A DNA stretch of 64,000 nt from Phoronis australis (taxonomy: Eukaryota > Animalia > Phoronida). Shown here piece after piece: positions 27,101-42,100 of the stretch; positions within the stretch are counted from its first letter, which is position 1; every line of letters starts with the position of its first letter. The translations under genes and the position numbers were made by a program. The DNA lies in assembly GCA_002633005.1 (NCBI GenBank), contig NMRA01000588.1, forward strand, positions 198,302 through 262,301. The letters run 5' to 3'. The notes beneath the pieces are model-generated. The model saw only the letters and a list, made by a program, of their open reading frames with translations. It was not told where the DNA came from and did no database searches.

Positions 27101-30100
27101 CCCTGACTGCCCATCTGGGGTCCACTGCTCAATCTCCAAAACCTTTGATGTATGTTCATGGAATTTTGTAGATATGTTCCCTTCGTAGATGGGATGGCAT
27201 GAATGAATTTTCGGACGGATCCGACTACCGGTGTGCCCCTGGTGGCAATTTTAGTTTTTTACGTTGTCCTCTGCATCTTTGTAGCTCCTTGACGGATTTT
27301 TATGAAATTTTATAATTAAATAGGTTTCTATTGATGAGATGATGACAGGTTCCTGTTTTCGGATAGATTTGATGTATAATGGCCGTTTTTCTTATCGTGA
27401 AATTTTGCAAGTAGGTTTCTATTAAGTAGATGGCGACACCTACTCCTTTTCTGGTAGACTTGAGGTATTCTGCGCCACCTGATGGCCATTTTAAAAAAAT
27501 TTTTAGTACGTTATTGATGTCATGTTTTCCATCCACCAAACTGCTTGAAGTATCATAATGTGGTCGTGGGCGCATTTCAATGCTCCGCGTTGCTCTTGTT
27601 TTTTATCAAAGTCGAAGCATTTGATGTGTTAGTGACATTTTGCGATATTTACTGATGGGACCGACTGACAGACAAAAGTAGTCAAGTGTGGAAACAATTT
27701 CAGTGTTGTCTAATATTCCCCTGTTATTATCCAGTGACGTTGACCGAGTACAAAGTACAACAGGAGCAAGTGATTAGTGAAGATCTGCGTTCAGCGCTCA
27801 ACGTGGAGAGAGGTCGAGTTATGGAGCTCTCGAGCAAACTAAGTCGGGAAAAGAATGTGTGCGAGGACCTACGCGAGGAGCTGGCCACTGCACACGCTCA
27901 GCTGGTCAAAGTTCGTGACACACTGGAGCGGGAACAAGAGGAGTTGAACAACGTCTCGTAAGCTTGTTTCTGGTTTTGCTACCGTGAAATTTCACCAGTT
28001 TAGGTCTTATGATAGTTTCGCACTTTTTATTAATTGTAGAAGATATGCTTCCTGAAATTACAGATTGTCCGTGTTTCAGCTCTTTACCATAGTTATCACC
28101 CAACAGTATTACTTTTAAAAAATTGTGGGTGTTGTCCGCTTGAAACGTTTCAATCAAATTTGATGAGAGCACTGAGAAGCTCCGCTGGTCTCGCTATTCA
28201 TTATCTTGTGATATGCAATATGGTTTTAGGATGGCAGCAAAATGGGGTCACATGTCGCGATGTGTACCTTCTCAAAGGATTGTGTTGCTTTAAGTTGTTA
28301 ATTTTTACTCAAAATATTTTAGATGAAATGTTTTTATTATTTTTGTTTGTGTAAAAGTAAACTGCAGCGAGGTTTCAATGTCTTTTGTTTGGGTTCAGTT
28401 GATGTTGATTGTGACATGGTCTTGATTGTAGCTTACTGTTACGGGATCTATTGTGAGTTTTGTGTTGTGACCACACACTTTACACTTGCTTTGTTTTGGC
28501 CAGCTATCAATGTGGAAATGGGTTTTGGCAAAATTATGCGCATGTTAATTTTACTGCTTGGAAATTATTTTAATTATAACTTTCATTTCCTGCGGGTCCA
28601 ATAACTAGTATTATAATAATTATCAAGTGTATATTATTTACCTTTCTTGGCTTTGAACATAATTTAGTATTTTTGGTGCTACTGAACTTTTACGTTTAGG
28701 ATTCACAAAGACTTAATATATGGATTACTAATCATGCTCTAAAATGCCATAATGACTATTTTTACCTTTATGTCTGTCGGGCACATTTTCGACTTCACTC
28801 TTGCACTACTGCTGGTTCTTAAGATGTTTCTCCTAATGCTTGTAACTTTTGTTTAAAGAATAAGATACACTTCTTCCTTAGCTGGCAGAAAACAAAAAAT
28901 GACTTAGACCCGCTACCCTTATAAAATCGGTCTCGTAACTTTCTTGCGGCGTTGGGATTTTATTTCTATTACCAGCAAGAGCATTGAAACTAGGAGTGAC
29001 TCAACAAAACAATTTCGAGTTTATTGGGGATAGTCAACCATAAAATGGAAGATTGGAAAATAGTGTACGATTGTTTGCATTGCATGTGACTTGTCTTTGT
29101 AATGGAAATGAAAAACTATCACAGCAAGTAATGTTATGAGGACAATTTTTTGAGAGTTGAGGGCATAACTTGATATTTGTTTTAAGCTTAGCCTAGCTAA
29201 TGAACTTGGCAAAATACGTTGAATGGGACATGGATGTTTTTGGATGTTTGGTTTAACTCCCACAACTCACGTAGGCCTATACATTCACCAGTATACTTCC
29301 AACTGACTGTACATGCACGCAAAGATCCACACACCACTCAATTACAGGCCAAAAAGGGTTGCTATATAGTCCTACTTGGGTAATCCGTATTTTTGTTGTT
29401 GAATTGTGACTTCTTGCGTTAAATACATGTACTTACTACAAACCTCCACGCTTATTAACTCCGCTTCTTTAAGAAATCAGGGTGATAAGTTTCAAACAAA
29501 CACATTTTGCTAGGTTAACACTCAAGTACTTAGTATACTCACGTTAGTGACGTGTCATTCAAGAAATGTTGAAAATGTGACATTTGGAAAACATTTAACG
29601 AATTTTGCATGGGAATGACCCATAAAATTGCATTTAGCTTGTTGATGTTTAAGGAAATTTTTTCAAAAGTCGATTGTGGGTGTTAAAATAAGTGCTCCTT
29701 GACTTTTAACGAATTTCATTAAAAAGTTAAGGGTTTGTGGATTGGGTGTTTTAATTTGCAGTTAATTTGAAATTATCACTTTTTGACTACACAGGTCAGC
29801 TCTAGAGGAAGAAAGGATGAAGACAGGTCAGCTGACCCAAGAGGTGAGTGACCTCAACGAAACTGTTGAACAGCTTCAAGGTGACCTTGACAGTGAGAAA
29901 GAACGGAGTATCCATGTACGCGAACGGGAAGGTTACACCGTAGAGGTAAGGATAAAAGGGACTGGGGTAGTTTGAAATGATCTTCGTTATAATTATCTTG
30001 ATATTCATCTTCTATATGTTAAAATTATGTTAAAAGATGTTTCGATTTGTGGCCGCTGTTGACATGTTGTGTGTATTACAGTAAAAATACTTTCACAGCC

Positions 30101-33100
30101 TATATGGTGCTATGCCAGGGTTCGTATTCAGTGGAGACTTGTAATGGCTGAGCATAGCATTTTTAGATTGCCTCACACTGAGATTTCTGGCTCCATGCGC
30201 ACTTTGACGCATTTGGTATATTATTTTTTGAAAGTAAACTCTAATGACTTATTTAAGTGTTTACCTAAAGGTAACCTTGGAGTCCACTTTCAATTGTTTT
30301 TTTTTGTTTTTCTAGCGTCTACAGCTGGAGTATGAGGGTGAGAAAGAGAAGAGACTGCAACTAGAGGGCGCTCTCGAGAAGCAAAAGATGGCTATGTTAA
30401 ATCTCCAACGGGAACTCGACATACTGAAGAGTGAAGGAAATGATTCCGAGAGCAAATTCAAAGGCATGATTGTTGAACTGTCAACAACAGTTGACATGGA
30501 AAAAGCCAAGAACATGGAAATTCAGAGGTGAATTTGTCATTCTCCCAGTCATTACATTTTCGTTGGTGAACCAGTCTATAAGCTAAAAGCAGATTTAAAC
30601 AAATCATTTTTATGCACCTACATTATGTGTCTTTTGTCATCTGCATGATGGAAAGTGGCAGGTGCGTTTCTATTGAGAAAAGCATTTGCTTTGCACCCCC
30701 TAGAGGATATTATGAAGTTTCTTTACTAGCATCCCTCGCTTCAGTGAGAATGTTCATCTCTTTTATCTCCACACTCTGTGATGCAAACAGTGGGTGCATA
30801 TCAAGGCTCTGCGTTGCTTTTGTGGTAATATATCTTGAAACTTTTCAAACGTTTGTTTTGTTGAAATTTTCTGAAAGTGTGACTGTCTGGAAGTCTAGAG
30901 CACAATGAGTTATATTTTGCTGAATAAATTTTACTAAATTTGAATTTGAATACACAGTGCTTTGGACCGTGAACAAACCCTGTCTAGTCAACTGAAGGTG
31001 GCTCTTGAAGAGGAGCGAAGCAAGGTTCAAAAGACTGCCACTAGGGAGCGCTCATCTGTAGTGGATTTACAGACCATGTTGGACCTTGAAAAAAGTCGCG
31101 TGCTTGAATTGAACACTGCCCTGGAACGAGAGAAGTATAAGGTACATTTTAAATTTACTTAGCAATGCTTTTATTAAGGAAAAAGTAAAATTTGTTGATC
31201 GATATCCTTGACATTAATTTTATTTCGATGGAATTTGTCAACGGGCTTGAGCTAATACACTGGGTAATATACATCTGTTGTTGTAGGTATGATTTCCCAT
31301 TGGTTGGAGAGTAGTTCCCTGGGCAGAGGTTCTTTTCAGCAAGGGCATTAGAGAAGTCCGGCTCAAACTAGTTATCGGTCACATAACGGGCAGACTCGGG
31401 TCAGAAGGGTGTTAACTGCCCTGCCTGTTGATACTGGCTCAATGATTGCATTTCTTCTGCCTCTGAAAGAGAAGGGTTGGATATGGGTTTGGAAGTTAAT
31501 ATGAAATAAATAATGCAGTTCTGTTGGTCCAACTTCAGATCACCAGCCTGTCTGCCTCGCTGGACATGGAGAAGGCTCAGAACATGGAAGATATGGAAAG
31601 AGAAAAAGCTGTGGTGAGACAACTAAGGAAGAACGTCGAGAGTCTGCAGGTAGGCAGTGGTGACTGTGTGGGCGCTCTTTGAAATGTTGGGACATCTTTG
31701 TTGTCATAACTTTGCCCTGCAGTGTTGTGAGGGTTATAAAACATGGTTGCACTCAAGCAGTGCTCATCTGTCAACACAGCACAATTTTAGCTACATCCAA
31801 GAGTATTGTATGTTAGGTTCGCCAGGGACTGAGGTGTTCGGCATTTCACTCGACTATAAGGCTACGGAATTCGATAGCAAATGGAATCTATGTGAAAGCA
31901 ATGTCAATCTTTATTCGTCAAATGTATATACTTAAATCTGTTGTCGATTACAAAGTTAGCAGGACAATTTGCAGAGCCATGAGTGGACTTCAGGGAAAGT
32001 TTATTGACCACTATTTACATTTTCTCTTCAGAACCAGAGGCAGGAGTTGCAGAGGCAAGCAGAGTTTGAGAAGGAGCGCGCCACCAAGTATCAGTCTGAC
32101 CGTGAGAGGGTGCAGACAAGTCTGACGTCAGAACGCGACAGCAATAGGACACGTGAACTGCAGCGTGAAACAGAGCGTCAACAAGAACGGCAGAGACAGC
32201 GGGAACATGAGCGGGCACGTGAGGAAGAGAGGAGGAAGGCGGTAAGAAATGCTCCTGGAGTCTCAGTGGTCGAGGAGTTGTTGCACCAAAGTTTAACAAC
32301 AGATGTTGAACCTCCACGTGTCACATTACAATTTTATGCAGCCACGCAATAATTAGTTTGGGTGCATATTGCAGTGAAGAAAGAGCAGAGATTCTTCCCT
32401 GAGGCACCAACATTCAACCCTCTGTTACAAAAAATTGGATTAGAATTAAAAGCTTTCAGTTAATAAGTTGACAGGGTGCCTGACCATGACAAAGATCAGT
32501 TACTGCATCGCTCTCCTGTTACCTCACGTAACTCTTGTTTCAGAATGAACTGAACTTAGAAATCCAAATCCTCCGTCAGAAGCTAGCCACAGCCGAAGCT
32601 ATGGCTGTAGAGACTGCTGTACCTCAGCGGTCAGTGGCTACAAGTCCAGCTCGTCCATCATCAGCCGGACGTGTGAAGTCGCCTTTTGACTCGATGAGAT
32701 ACCGCGATAGAGCCACCAGTCCATCGGTTGGTGTCATGCAAGCCCAGAAAAAGGAACTGGAATCTGTCATGCAACGAATACATTTATTAGTTGTGCGTCT
32801 GGAAGATACGGCACAGAGTGCAAGGTAGGACAGTTTGTGGGAGTCTTCAAGGAAATAAAAGAATTCTGGTAAAAGGTGGTCGCAAGACAGTGTAGCTGAA
32901 GTGCTGGCATGACGCCCGCTTTGTACTTAGTCTTTAAAGTGGATAGTTATGGGTGGACAGACTTGTGAATCTGATATCACTTCATACGGACATGGGCCTG
33001 TGAAACGGAAGATTCCGATGGCACATTTCTGTGTTAATTTCTCTAGTGGTTTATGTGAGTGTGTGTACAATTTAGTATTTGGAATTAGTATCGATAGCAA

Positions 33101-36100
33101 TTTTAATGACAACTTAATATTTGTGGGAACATGCTTATTAGCAATGTTCATTCAGTTCACTTATACTCTTCATTGTTCTTTCAGAATATCGAGTACGATT
33201 TCACCCTCCCTGCATGACATCATGGATGAACTTAGACAAATGAAAACCCTACTTTCCACGGACACTGAGGTATTGTCAGTTTGTGTTCATGTGATAGTGC
33301 TGCTTTTTAATACATAACACATTGTACTACACTTCTTTGTTGCCACTCAGGATATTTGAATTGAGAAACTGATAGTATCAGACTGGTAGTTGAGCTTAAC
33401 ATGGGCATTGACAAATTTACGAAACTCAGGGGGTGGACATTTTCCCAAGGGACTGCTTTAACGATCCCATCACATGAAATTGTCAAAATGTTGCTGAATT
33501 AATATTAGTTATGTAGATTTTTTAATCATGGTAATACTGAAGTGTGTGTGGTGGCGTTTACAGAATGGTTTTTCAGGAAATAACTCGTCTACTAATTGAG
33601 GCGAAGGTATCACGTAGCGTAACTTAAAAATGAAAATCTTGAAAGTGGGTGTGGACAATTAAGTGGACAATGGTGTTCAACTGGATGGGAATGATATTTG
33701 ACTGCTTGCATTCTTGCCAAATATCTTTTTAATCACGTGCACTAATTATATTTCTTTTTTCTATTGATTGGTGCTGATATTAATATTTTCTGATTGGCTG
33801 TCTGTTGACTCAGTTATTTGTTAACTTTCCCACCTTTTATATAATACTAATTTTACCCTGAATGCTGTCAAGTGGCCATTTCAATTCTTGCCTTTATAGA
33901 GTAAAATTCTTTGTTGGCTGTGTTTTTAGGACCAATTACTCCCTTCTTCATGTAGGTAGTCTGATTCACACTCACTTTGATTTTGATAAAAATACCTGCC
34001 GGAGGTCCATAGTACCAAAAATAATATTTAGTTAGCTCGTTGCATGTAGTGCAGCATTAAATAATTACCCATATTCCTGTGTAACCAATACAGAACACTT
34101 GTTCAGCACAGGTAGCCACAACTTTATTTGACTGGTCCACAACAAGTTAGAGACCAGATTTTGACCAATCATCTAGCCAAATCCATCCACACAAGCGACG
34201 GCCTGCTAGGAGTCAGCTTGGTCCCCACTGCGGTCATTGAGTGGGTCGGAAATCTAGGACAAGTAGTAAATCAAAATCTTGCAGATTCAATGAGACAATA
34301 TTTTATGAAATTCATATCAATGGAAACAAATACTGAATATTGTAATGCAGGAGCTATTTTTTGAAGTGAAAATTCAAGAGCCTGTATTTAAGTCAGTTCT
34401 GTGGTTGGTTGTAAAGTGTACTGCTTGCCTATTGAAAATCAACTGACCAGCACCAGAATTTTTGAGCATATGAATGTTGAGGGTGCAAAATGTACCAGTG
34501 AATCACAATTCATACCTTGGCTTGTGGAAAGGTTTGCGTACCTTTGTTGTTTTTTTAACTTGCAAGTGTCAAGTGTGCTATGTCCATAACTGACCATGCT
34601 CAACTGTTCAAAAAGATGCAGCTGTCAAATGTTATTGTGATATGATGTTTTTGCTGAGACAGTAATTGATGGATAAAAACCAGCATGATACCCGAGTGGG
34701 TAAAATACACAGCCTCAGTCCTATCATTTATTCAGCCCTGTATTCCACAGGCTGTCCAGCCCATTGTGAGTGGTTTGAATGAGCGAGTGCTGAAGCAAAA
34801 TGCTGAGCTAACTAACTACGTGGCAGCACTCAGTGAAGACAAGGCTCAACTGAGGGCGGCACTGTCTAACCTTGAAGATGAGATTTTCAAATTCAGACAA
34901 AAACAGGTAGCTGTAACTACGTTCACTATTCTTGCTCTCTTCTTTTTCATCTGTCCAATCAAAGTAAGCTTAACATCAGATGGAAACCTGACTTATGATG
35001 ATTTTTTTACGTTTGATTCAGATCTTATTTGCTTTTAGAATGCTGATGAAAATTTACATCCTATAACTTTCATGTGCATATAAATACTCCTGGGGTTCTG
35101 AATTGCGACTTTAAATAAGTTGATCAAAGTAATTAGAGTAGACTAGCTTTCCTGTCTTTGACTTATGGAAAATTTTACATTTCTCACCAGAAAGTCTTTC
35201 TTCAGCCAATTAGGCATTATTGCATGAGTTTTCATTTAAGACAAGGTTTCTATCTGTAGAACTACTGTGAAACAACACTTGCCCAGTTTTGCTTTCGATC
35301 TCTTGTTTAACTAATGTTGCCAAGCTGGGTGCTACAGGATGAATCTTGAACTTGCACGTTGCCTGTCGGCAAAATCTGTCTCTGTGGCCTTGTTCATTCT
35401 GCTCACCTCTGCAACTTAATTTTTGTGAAATTAGAGACCGCCTGCATGTTATAGTATACATGTCTTCCATGTGGACTTCCCAGCAACTGTCCCATGACTG
35501 TCTTTTGTTAGAGCTATCTACTGTTCATTGCAAGTCATATTGGTTTTGAAAAAATTTGACGAATGTGTTCTCATTGTAGCTGTAATTATATCGGGTGACT
35601 GCATCTAATTTCCCTAGCTATACATTGTCATTCATGAAGTACAAACTCTGGGACCAATGCTGTTAAAATATATTAAGTATTTCACTGTCTGTGTTACCCA
35701 CGAACCTCCTCACTACTCCAGCCATTCATCCATTATCCATTATTAGTGATTTGCATATTGCTCACATATGATCCAGGTAAGCTGCAGTCTGTTTGACATC
35801 ATAAACAGTGTATTGGCATTGAGTGATCTGGCAATCCTTTACTGTTTCTCTAAAATAAATGTTTTCTCCACACACAAAAACTAAAAAAGGTCTATTAAGC
35901 TTTAAAGTTAGGACAGTGAAATGTTTAGTCCGGTCAAGTGAGAAAGGTGACAGTTTGTAGTGGTAGATTATCAGGCTCACCTAAAATAGGTTGCAACCTT
36001 AAACCACAACGAACTAGATGTCTGATGGCGAGCGTGTAATGTCCCAAGGTGTACAGTAACTTGTCTTGAAAATTACCAGCCTGGTGCATAGTATCGACTG

Positions 36101-39100
36101 ACTGAAATGTTGTGCCAGGTTCATAGGCTAGATGTTAGTGTAAATAGACCAATGGACTTGAGAAATGATGTCATTATGTCATTACTACCTCATAGTGGCT
36201 TTAAGAAGTTATCTTTATGCCATTTACTGCTTAGGAAGACTGCTGTCCTACACTCCATTTTGAATACAACATTTCACACTATACACAAAAAGGTCAGCAA
36301 GGTGCTAATAGTAGATACCGTTCTTTGAGCTTGTTTTGAAGCGTAGGATTTAAATTTTAGAATAGCTTGTCATCTAAGATTGCCAGTGTGTTAAATTTTA
36401 GATCCTCTTGTTTTCATAGCAAACTGCCTGGTTTGTTTATTGTGTCACAGACTTATCAACTTACACTGATAGCATTGTGGAAGCATCAACAAATTTGTAT
36501 TAGTTTCTGATATCTTTGTTCAACCAGTTGTTATTCAACAACAGGGACTATGTTTGTATTATGTTCATAATGCTGTAGTAGCAAAAATCAGTTCAGCTAA
36601 CACTCATTCTAAAAGTTCGTATAAATCTTAGTAGAAACTGTTAAATATGAATTATTCTTATCAAGCAAACGTTTTATTACCTATATTGACTGCTTGACAG
36701 GACATTGTAAACTCTCCTGGTCAAAGAAATATTAATCAGTTTTGTATGCTGCTCCAGTAAATAGTGTGACATTGTTATGACTCCATAATTTAATGCTGTG
36801 TTATTTTCAATGTCTAAAACATTAAGAGTCAGTCAATGAACGGACAAAATGGGGAGTGCTGACTTTCGGAGGCAAAATATTCAAAGCTTTTACAACAAGC
36901 ATTCGTATTTGGTGAGCTGCACTGTTTAATATTCTTTTCAGTTATCTGGTGTTTAATTGTCAGTCAGTGTATTTCTTGATAGTTAAGTGTGAAGAATTTT
37001 GAACTTTTAGTGTAAAGTAGTCATTTAAGCTGACTTGTTTGTTACTGTAGGCAGTGTTTTAACTATTGAGGCTTGATTCTTACTAGCAGTTGCAGCATGT
37101 TTCACAGTTGTAAGATGTCATCTTAGTTGTGAAGTTGCCGGAATAGAAATTTTATGTGAACCCCAACTATAGTGTACTTGTTGAAATGCACAAATTACTA
37201 AGGTGAAGAAATGAGTGGTGCTAATAGTACCGTTTGTGGTACCTCAAACGGTTCCCTAACACAAACCCATCACTGTTGTTGGTTTAATTCTGAACCAATT
37301 TAATATGCACCAGAGTGAAAGTCATAGTTACACATACGCAATAGAACACCAGCTGATGGTGCAGCACCTATTGAAAAGGGGATCATAGAACACACCAGAA
37401 CGTGGCCAGTTAGCTCAAGGGGACCATTGACGTCACTGAGCCAATGTGTTCTCATTACAAAATTTGTTCCAAAAAGGTTGTATGATCCAGTGGTGGTAAA
37501 TTTCCACTAGGCCTGGTGCTTTATGACCCACATGAAACTCATGAGAACCTCTGAGAGTTCAGTTGCCTAGCCTGTTTCTTGAAAGAGTAAAATGACTTTT
37601 TCATTGTTGTCATAGTTTACCTCTTGCAGACATGACCATCATCAGATACTTACCTGGTAACCTACAGTGTATAAGGTATTATCAATGGTACTACATTTTG
37701 TGGTACTCAATAAGTCCCCCAGTGGAATAAGGAAAATCTGATCATTTTTGATTTTCACAGCATTTGGGTGCTTTCATGACTTCTTAAAAAATTGAAAGTT
37801 TGCAGTGGCCTGTCTTGGCAGTTAGTGCAGTGATAAAATTTGCATTACTAATAAATTCTATTTTGGTCATCTACAGTAATTCACACAATTAAAATTATGG
37901 TTAAATGTTAGCTGGGATGTTCTTATGAATGTTTGTAAAACTACCTCAAGCATTTATTTCCTCCAATTTGCAACTACAAAATTAAACATCAACTTAAAAT
38001 TTATGAAAAGTAACAGAGTGTGGTATAAATTGCGCATTCCTTTGCCGCTTTGCAAATGTGTTAACCTGACTTATAAATGGTAGGGTAATGGTTCTGCAAT
38101 GCATTTTGTTTCAGTCATCTTTGTCACCAGGTGGAGCCACCGATCAGTTGCTTGACCTAGAAAGAGTGCGACTGGCCAATGAAAGAGAAGCATGGTCACT
38201 AGAGCGACAGCGGCTGACATCTGCATTGAGGGAAGCAGAGAAAGAGATAATTCAGCTGAAATCCACCAGTGGAGTCTTGGGTACATCAGCTATTGGTGAC
38301 AGAGAAAAGGTACCTGTTTAGGACGGTAGATGACGGACAAGCAAAATTTTGTTTCTCTATGTTTTTCACAAATTACCTAGCACTAACTAAACATTTTATT
38401 ATCTTTAAGTTCTGTACCACCAGATGATGTTTTGGTAAATTGTGGGCTTTTACGACATAGTTAGAAAATTTTTAAAATGAGAAAAGGTTCTTTGGGAAAT
38501 TATTTTTGTCCGAAATTGGTGAGGTTTTACCATATCGTTTTAAGGTTTTGTGTAATGCTAGAAAAAATTATTTGGCTAAGTTCAGAGCATAATGTCTCGG
38601 AAATGACTATTTGGATTCAAATGAAACTTTCAAGTAATTATTGCATTGTTCTTCAAAATTCTGTTAGGAAGTATTTTTAAAATAGTCCACTTTTGCATTG
38701 AGTGCCTATCAAATTAAAAACTCAGTGAGATTTTTGTGGAACGAAAACAAACAATATAGAAAACTGTACCAGTGTTTTTCAGATCCTTTGAGCTGTTTGG
38801 TAGAAATTGCTAAAACAGAATCAAAGAAATAAAAATTGCCAAGAGATGGTGCAGAATGTGTCGAATCAACCCCAAAAAAGGAAAGTTGTTGCTATCTCCT
38901 AACTTTGAAGTAACTTATTTTTCAAATTTCATTTAAATCTGTTAAGGAACTCTGAATATATGGAGGCATAAAATGTAAAAATTAGATTTACCACATGAGG
39001 GCACAGCTACTGTAGTCGGATCCATCAAAGTCACAGTCTTCTGTTGTCAGCTCTGTAGGAACACATCTGCCAACTTTCATGAAGATTCTTGAAGGAGTTC

Positions 39101-42100
39101 TTGAAGTTTTCTATTATACCCAACTGTGACCAGAAACCATCTCGACTACTTTTAGTTTTAAGTTTGTGGCTGCTTGCAGTCTCTCTACTTTCTTAGACTA
39201 CTCAATTATTGTATCGCTTTCAAGGGTCTACCTTAAGAATTGGCAAAAATTTTCAAAAGGCTTGGTGTTGACTCTGCCCTCTTCAGTGTAGGTGGCACTG
39301 TATGAAGAACACTGGTATGTCATAGACTATTGTACACTACTCCATTCTGCAGATACAGAGGGTCTATGGGAAGTACCTGAAAGCAGAGAGCTTCAGGAAG
39401 GCCTTGGTCTACCAGAAGAGGTACCTGATCAGCCTCATAGGGGGCTTCCGTGAGTGCGAGCAGATGACTCTTTCTGAGATTGCCAAGATGGGTGTGTACC
39501 CGTCCCAGGAGGATGTACAGAGGCGGTCCAGGCACTCGCGCCCTTTCAACAGGTTTCGCAGTGCTGTTCGTGTGGTCATCGCTGTGTCCAGGTAATGACT
39601 TGTATAGCTAATAATCAGCTTAAGGTCCATCAAAAAATTCACTTTTTTGTGTATTGGACATTCATTAGAACAAAATCTGAGTGTGGGGCAAAATATGCAA
39701 GTGTGCTATGCCTTAGGATATTTACAAAATCATATTAAACAGTCTTGCCAGTTCATATTTCGCCTCTTTTTAGCTTTTTTTAACAACGATAAATTAAATT
39801 GCTTGTCATCTTGTACTCTTAGATTTTGAGCTGATAATGTCATAAATTAGTAATGACTCGAATGCCAGCTAATGAGGCAAGAGAATGCTTTTGTTCAGGA
39901 GTTCACCAAATGGTGTAGTGACAAGCAACTATAAAAAAGTCGAATCAGAGAGAAATTTTGAAAGACTTGATTTATGAGCAGTTATATCCGCTGTATTATT
40001 TCTAACAGATAAATGTTCTCACGCAATCATAATTTCAATTTGTGCAGGTTAATATTTGATGTGCAGTTAAGTAGTGTGATACGTATGACCTTAAAATCTA
40101 CTCTTTCAATGTACGGACTTCCAATCCTGCTTAAGGGTTGTTTTACGGACTATGACTAAAGGTGTGTTATCATTACCTATCATGCCACCTGAGTTTCTAG
40201 CTGGTATTGCCAACTCCTCCAGCACATTTATCATTAAGTAAGCTTTTCCCCATTTCCATGCAAAGATTAAAGACAAAATTGATAGCCTGGTGACCTTATT
40301 AAAATCATTAGAATTTTACCATTATTGTTACAAACCATGGTCATGAATGGCATTTTTCTTAATTTACAGTCTGTTATTTTTGTTGAAATTTTGCCAGGTA
40401 AAGCTCTACTTGTGTGTACTGAATTAAAGAGCATTTACCATATGTGAAATCAAAACTAAGATTTTTCTCAACCTGTTTTCGACCATGACCTGTGGTGCCA
40501 CTTGTGGCGGTAAACTAAAGTGTGGTATCAATCCCGTGCAGGTTGAAGTTTTTAGTCAGTAAATGGAGACGTGCGATGAAAATTGGATCCCCTGTGGTCT
40601 CTGGTGCTCTACAGAACCCTGGTAAGTACTTGGTGTGTGCTCCGCAAAAAGACATCAGACTACCTGCACTTTTTACATTTAATGCTGAATTGTCTGTGCC
40701 TCCGACAATCCCACTGTGACGGACTTCTGCTGTGTTGAATACATTGTGCTGCACACATCTTATACCTCACCTTCAGCATAGGGTGTGCCTTCAATTGCTC
40801 ATGCCTTGCAGGGTATGTGCTTGACTGTGCATACAACCATATTCTCAATATGTCCGATTCTGGAATAAAATTAGTTGAGACCTTTTTCCATGATAGTGAC
40901 GTGTGTAGGCAAGCCACATATTAAGTGGGCATGTGGCAAATGTTGTGTTGTGTCTGGCTAGCATAAGGCTGGTATCTTTTGAGTTTACAGAAATCGTGCA
41001 AAACTGGGCTTCCATGTTGGCTGTGTATAACCAGGCTTATTTTTATTTGTTTAAATTTCTTTAAAAGACTCGGTCATCACATCAGTGAATCTACCAGTTT
41101 CCATGTGAACGCAGTCAGAAATATTAACATCAAGTGGAACTACGAGGAGAGATGTACAGTTAAACAGATGAATATGATATGTATATCAGGTGGTGTGCAG
41201 TGTAGTCTTAAAAATGTTTGCGATAAACAGAGTGTGATGAAGTTGGGCAACTCATGCAAGCATCAACAAACACTGTACGACATCAATGCTTNCCCCTGTG
41301 GTCTCTGGTGCTCTACAGAACCCAGGTAAGTACTTGGTGTGTGCTCTGCAAAAAGACATCAGACTACCTGCGCTTTTTTACATTTAATGCTGCATTGTCT
41401 GTGCCTCCCACAATCCCACTGTGTCGGATTTCTGCTATGTTGAATAAATTGTGCTGCACACATCTTATACCTCACCTTCAGCATAGGGTGTGCTCAATTG
41501 CTCATGCCTCGCAGGGTATGTGCTTGACTGTGCATACATTACAACCATATTCTCAATATGGCCAATTCTGGAATAAAATTAGCTGAGACCTTTGTCCATG
41601 ATAGTGACGTGTGTAGGCACGCCACATATTAAGTGGGCATGTGGCAAATGTTGTGTTGTGTCTGGCTAGCGTAAGGCTGGCATCTTTTGAGTTTACAGAA
41701 ATCGTGCAAAACTGGGCTTCCATGTTGGTTGTGTATAACCAGGCTTATTTTTATTTGTTTAAATTTCTTTAAAAGACTCGGTCATCACATCAGTGAATCT
41801 ACCAGTTTCCATGTGAACGCAGTCAGAAATATTAACATCAAGTGGAACTACGAGGAGAGATGTACAGTTAAACAGATGAATATGATATGTATATCAGGTG
41901 GTGTGCAGTGTAGTCTTAAAAATGTTTGCGATAAACAGAGTGTGATGAAGTTAGGCAACTCATGCAAGCATCAACAAACACAGTACGACATCAATGTTTT
42001 TTGGAATGCCTTATCTTACTGAGTACTGAATATTCATGCATACAACAAAACTTTTGTTTTTCTGTTATTAAATGTTAAGCCAGCCTCCATTTCGTGGGTT

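Noticed and set aside
38400-39130. Possible old DNA-transposon/HINE remnants in the intron before the PACT exon
   Set aside because: Only vague motifs (ccaactttcatgaag); no termini could be defined
40979-42022. Duplicated 111-116 aa ORFs
   Set aside because: Intronic, non-ATG starts, no recognisable motif; duplicated only because of the n-joined overlap
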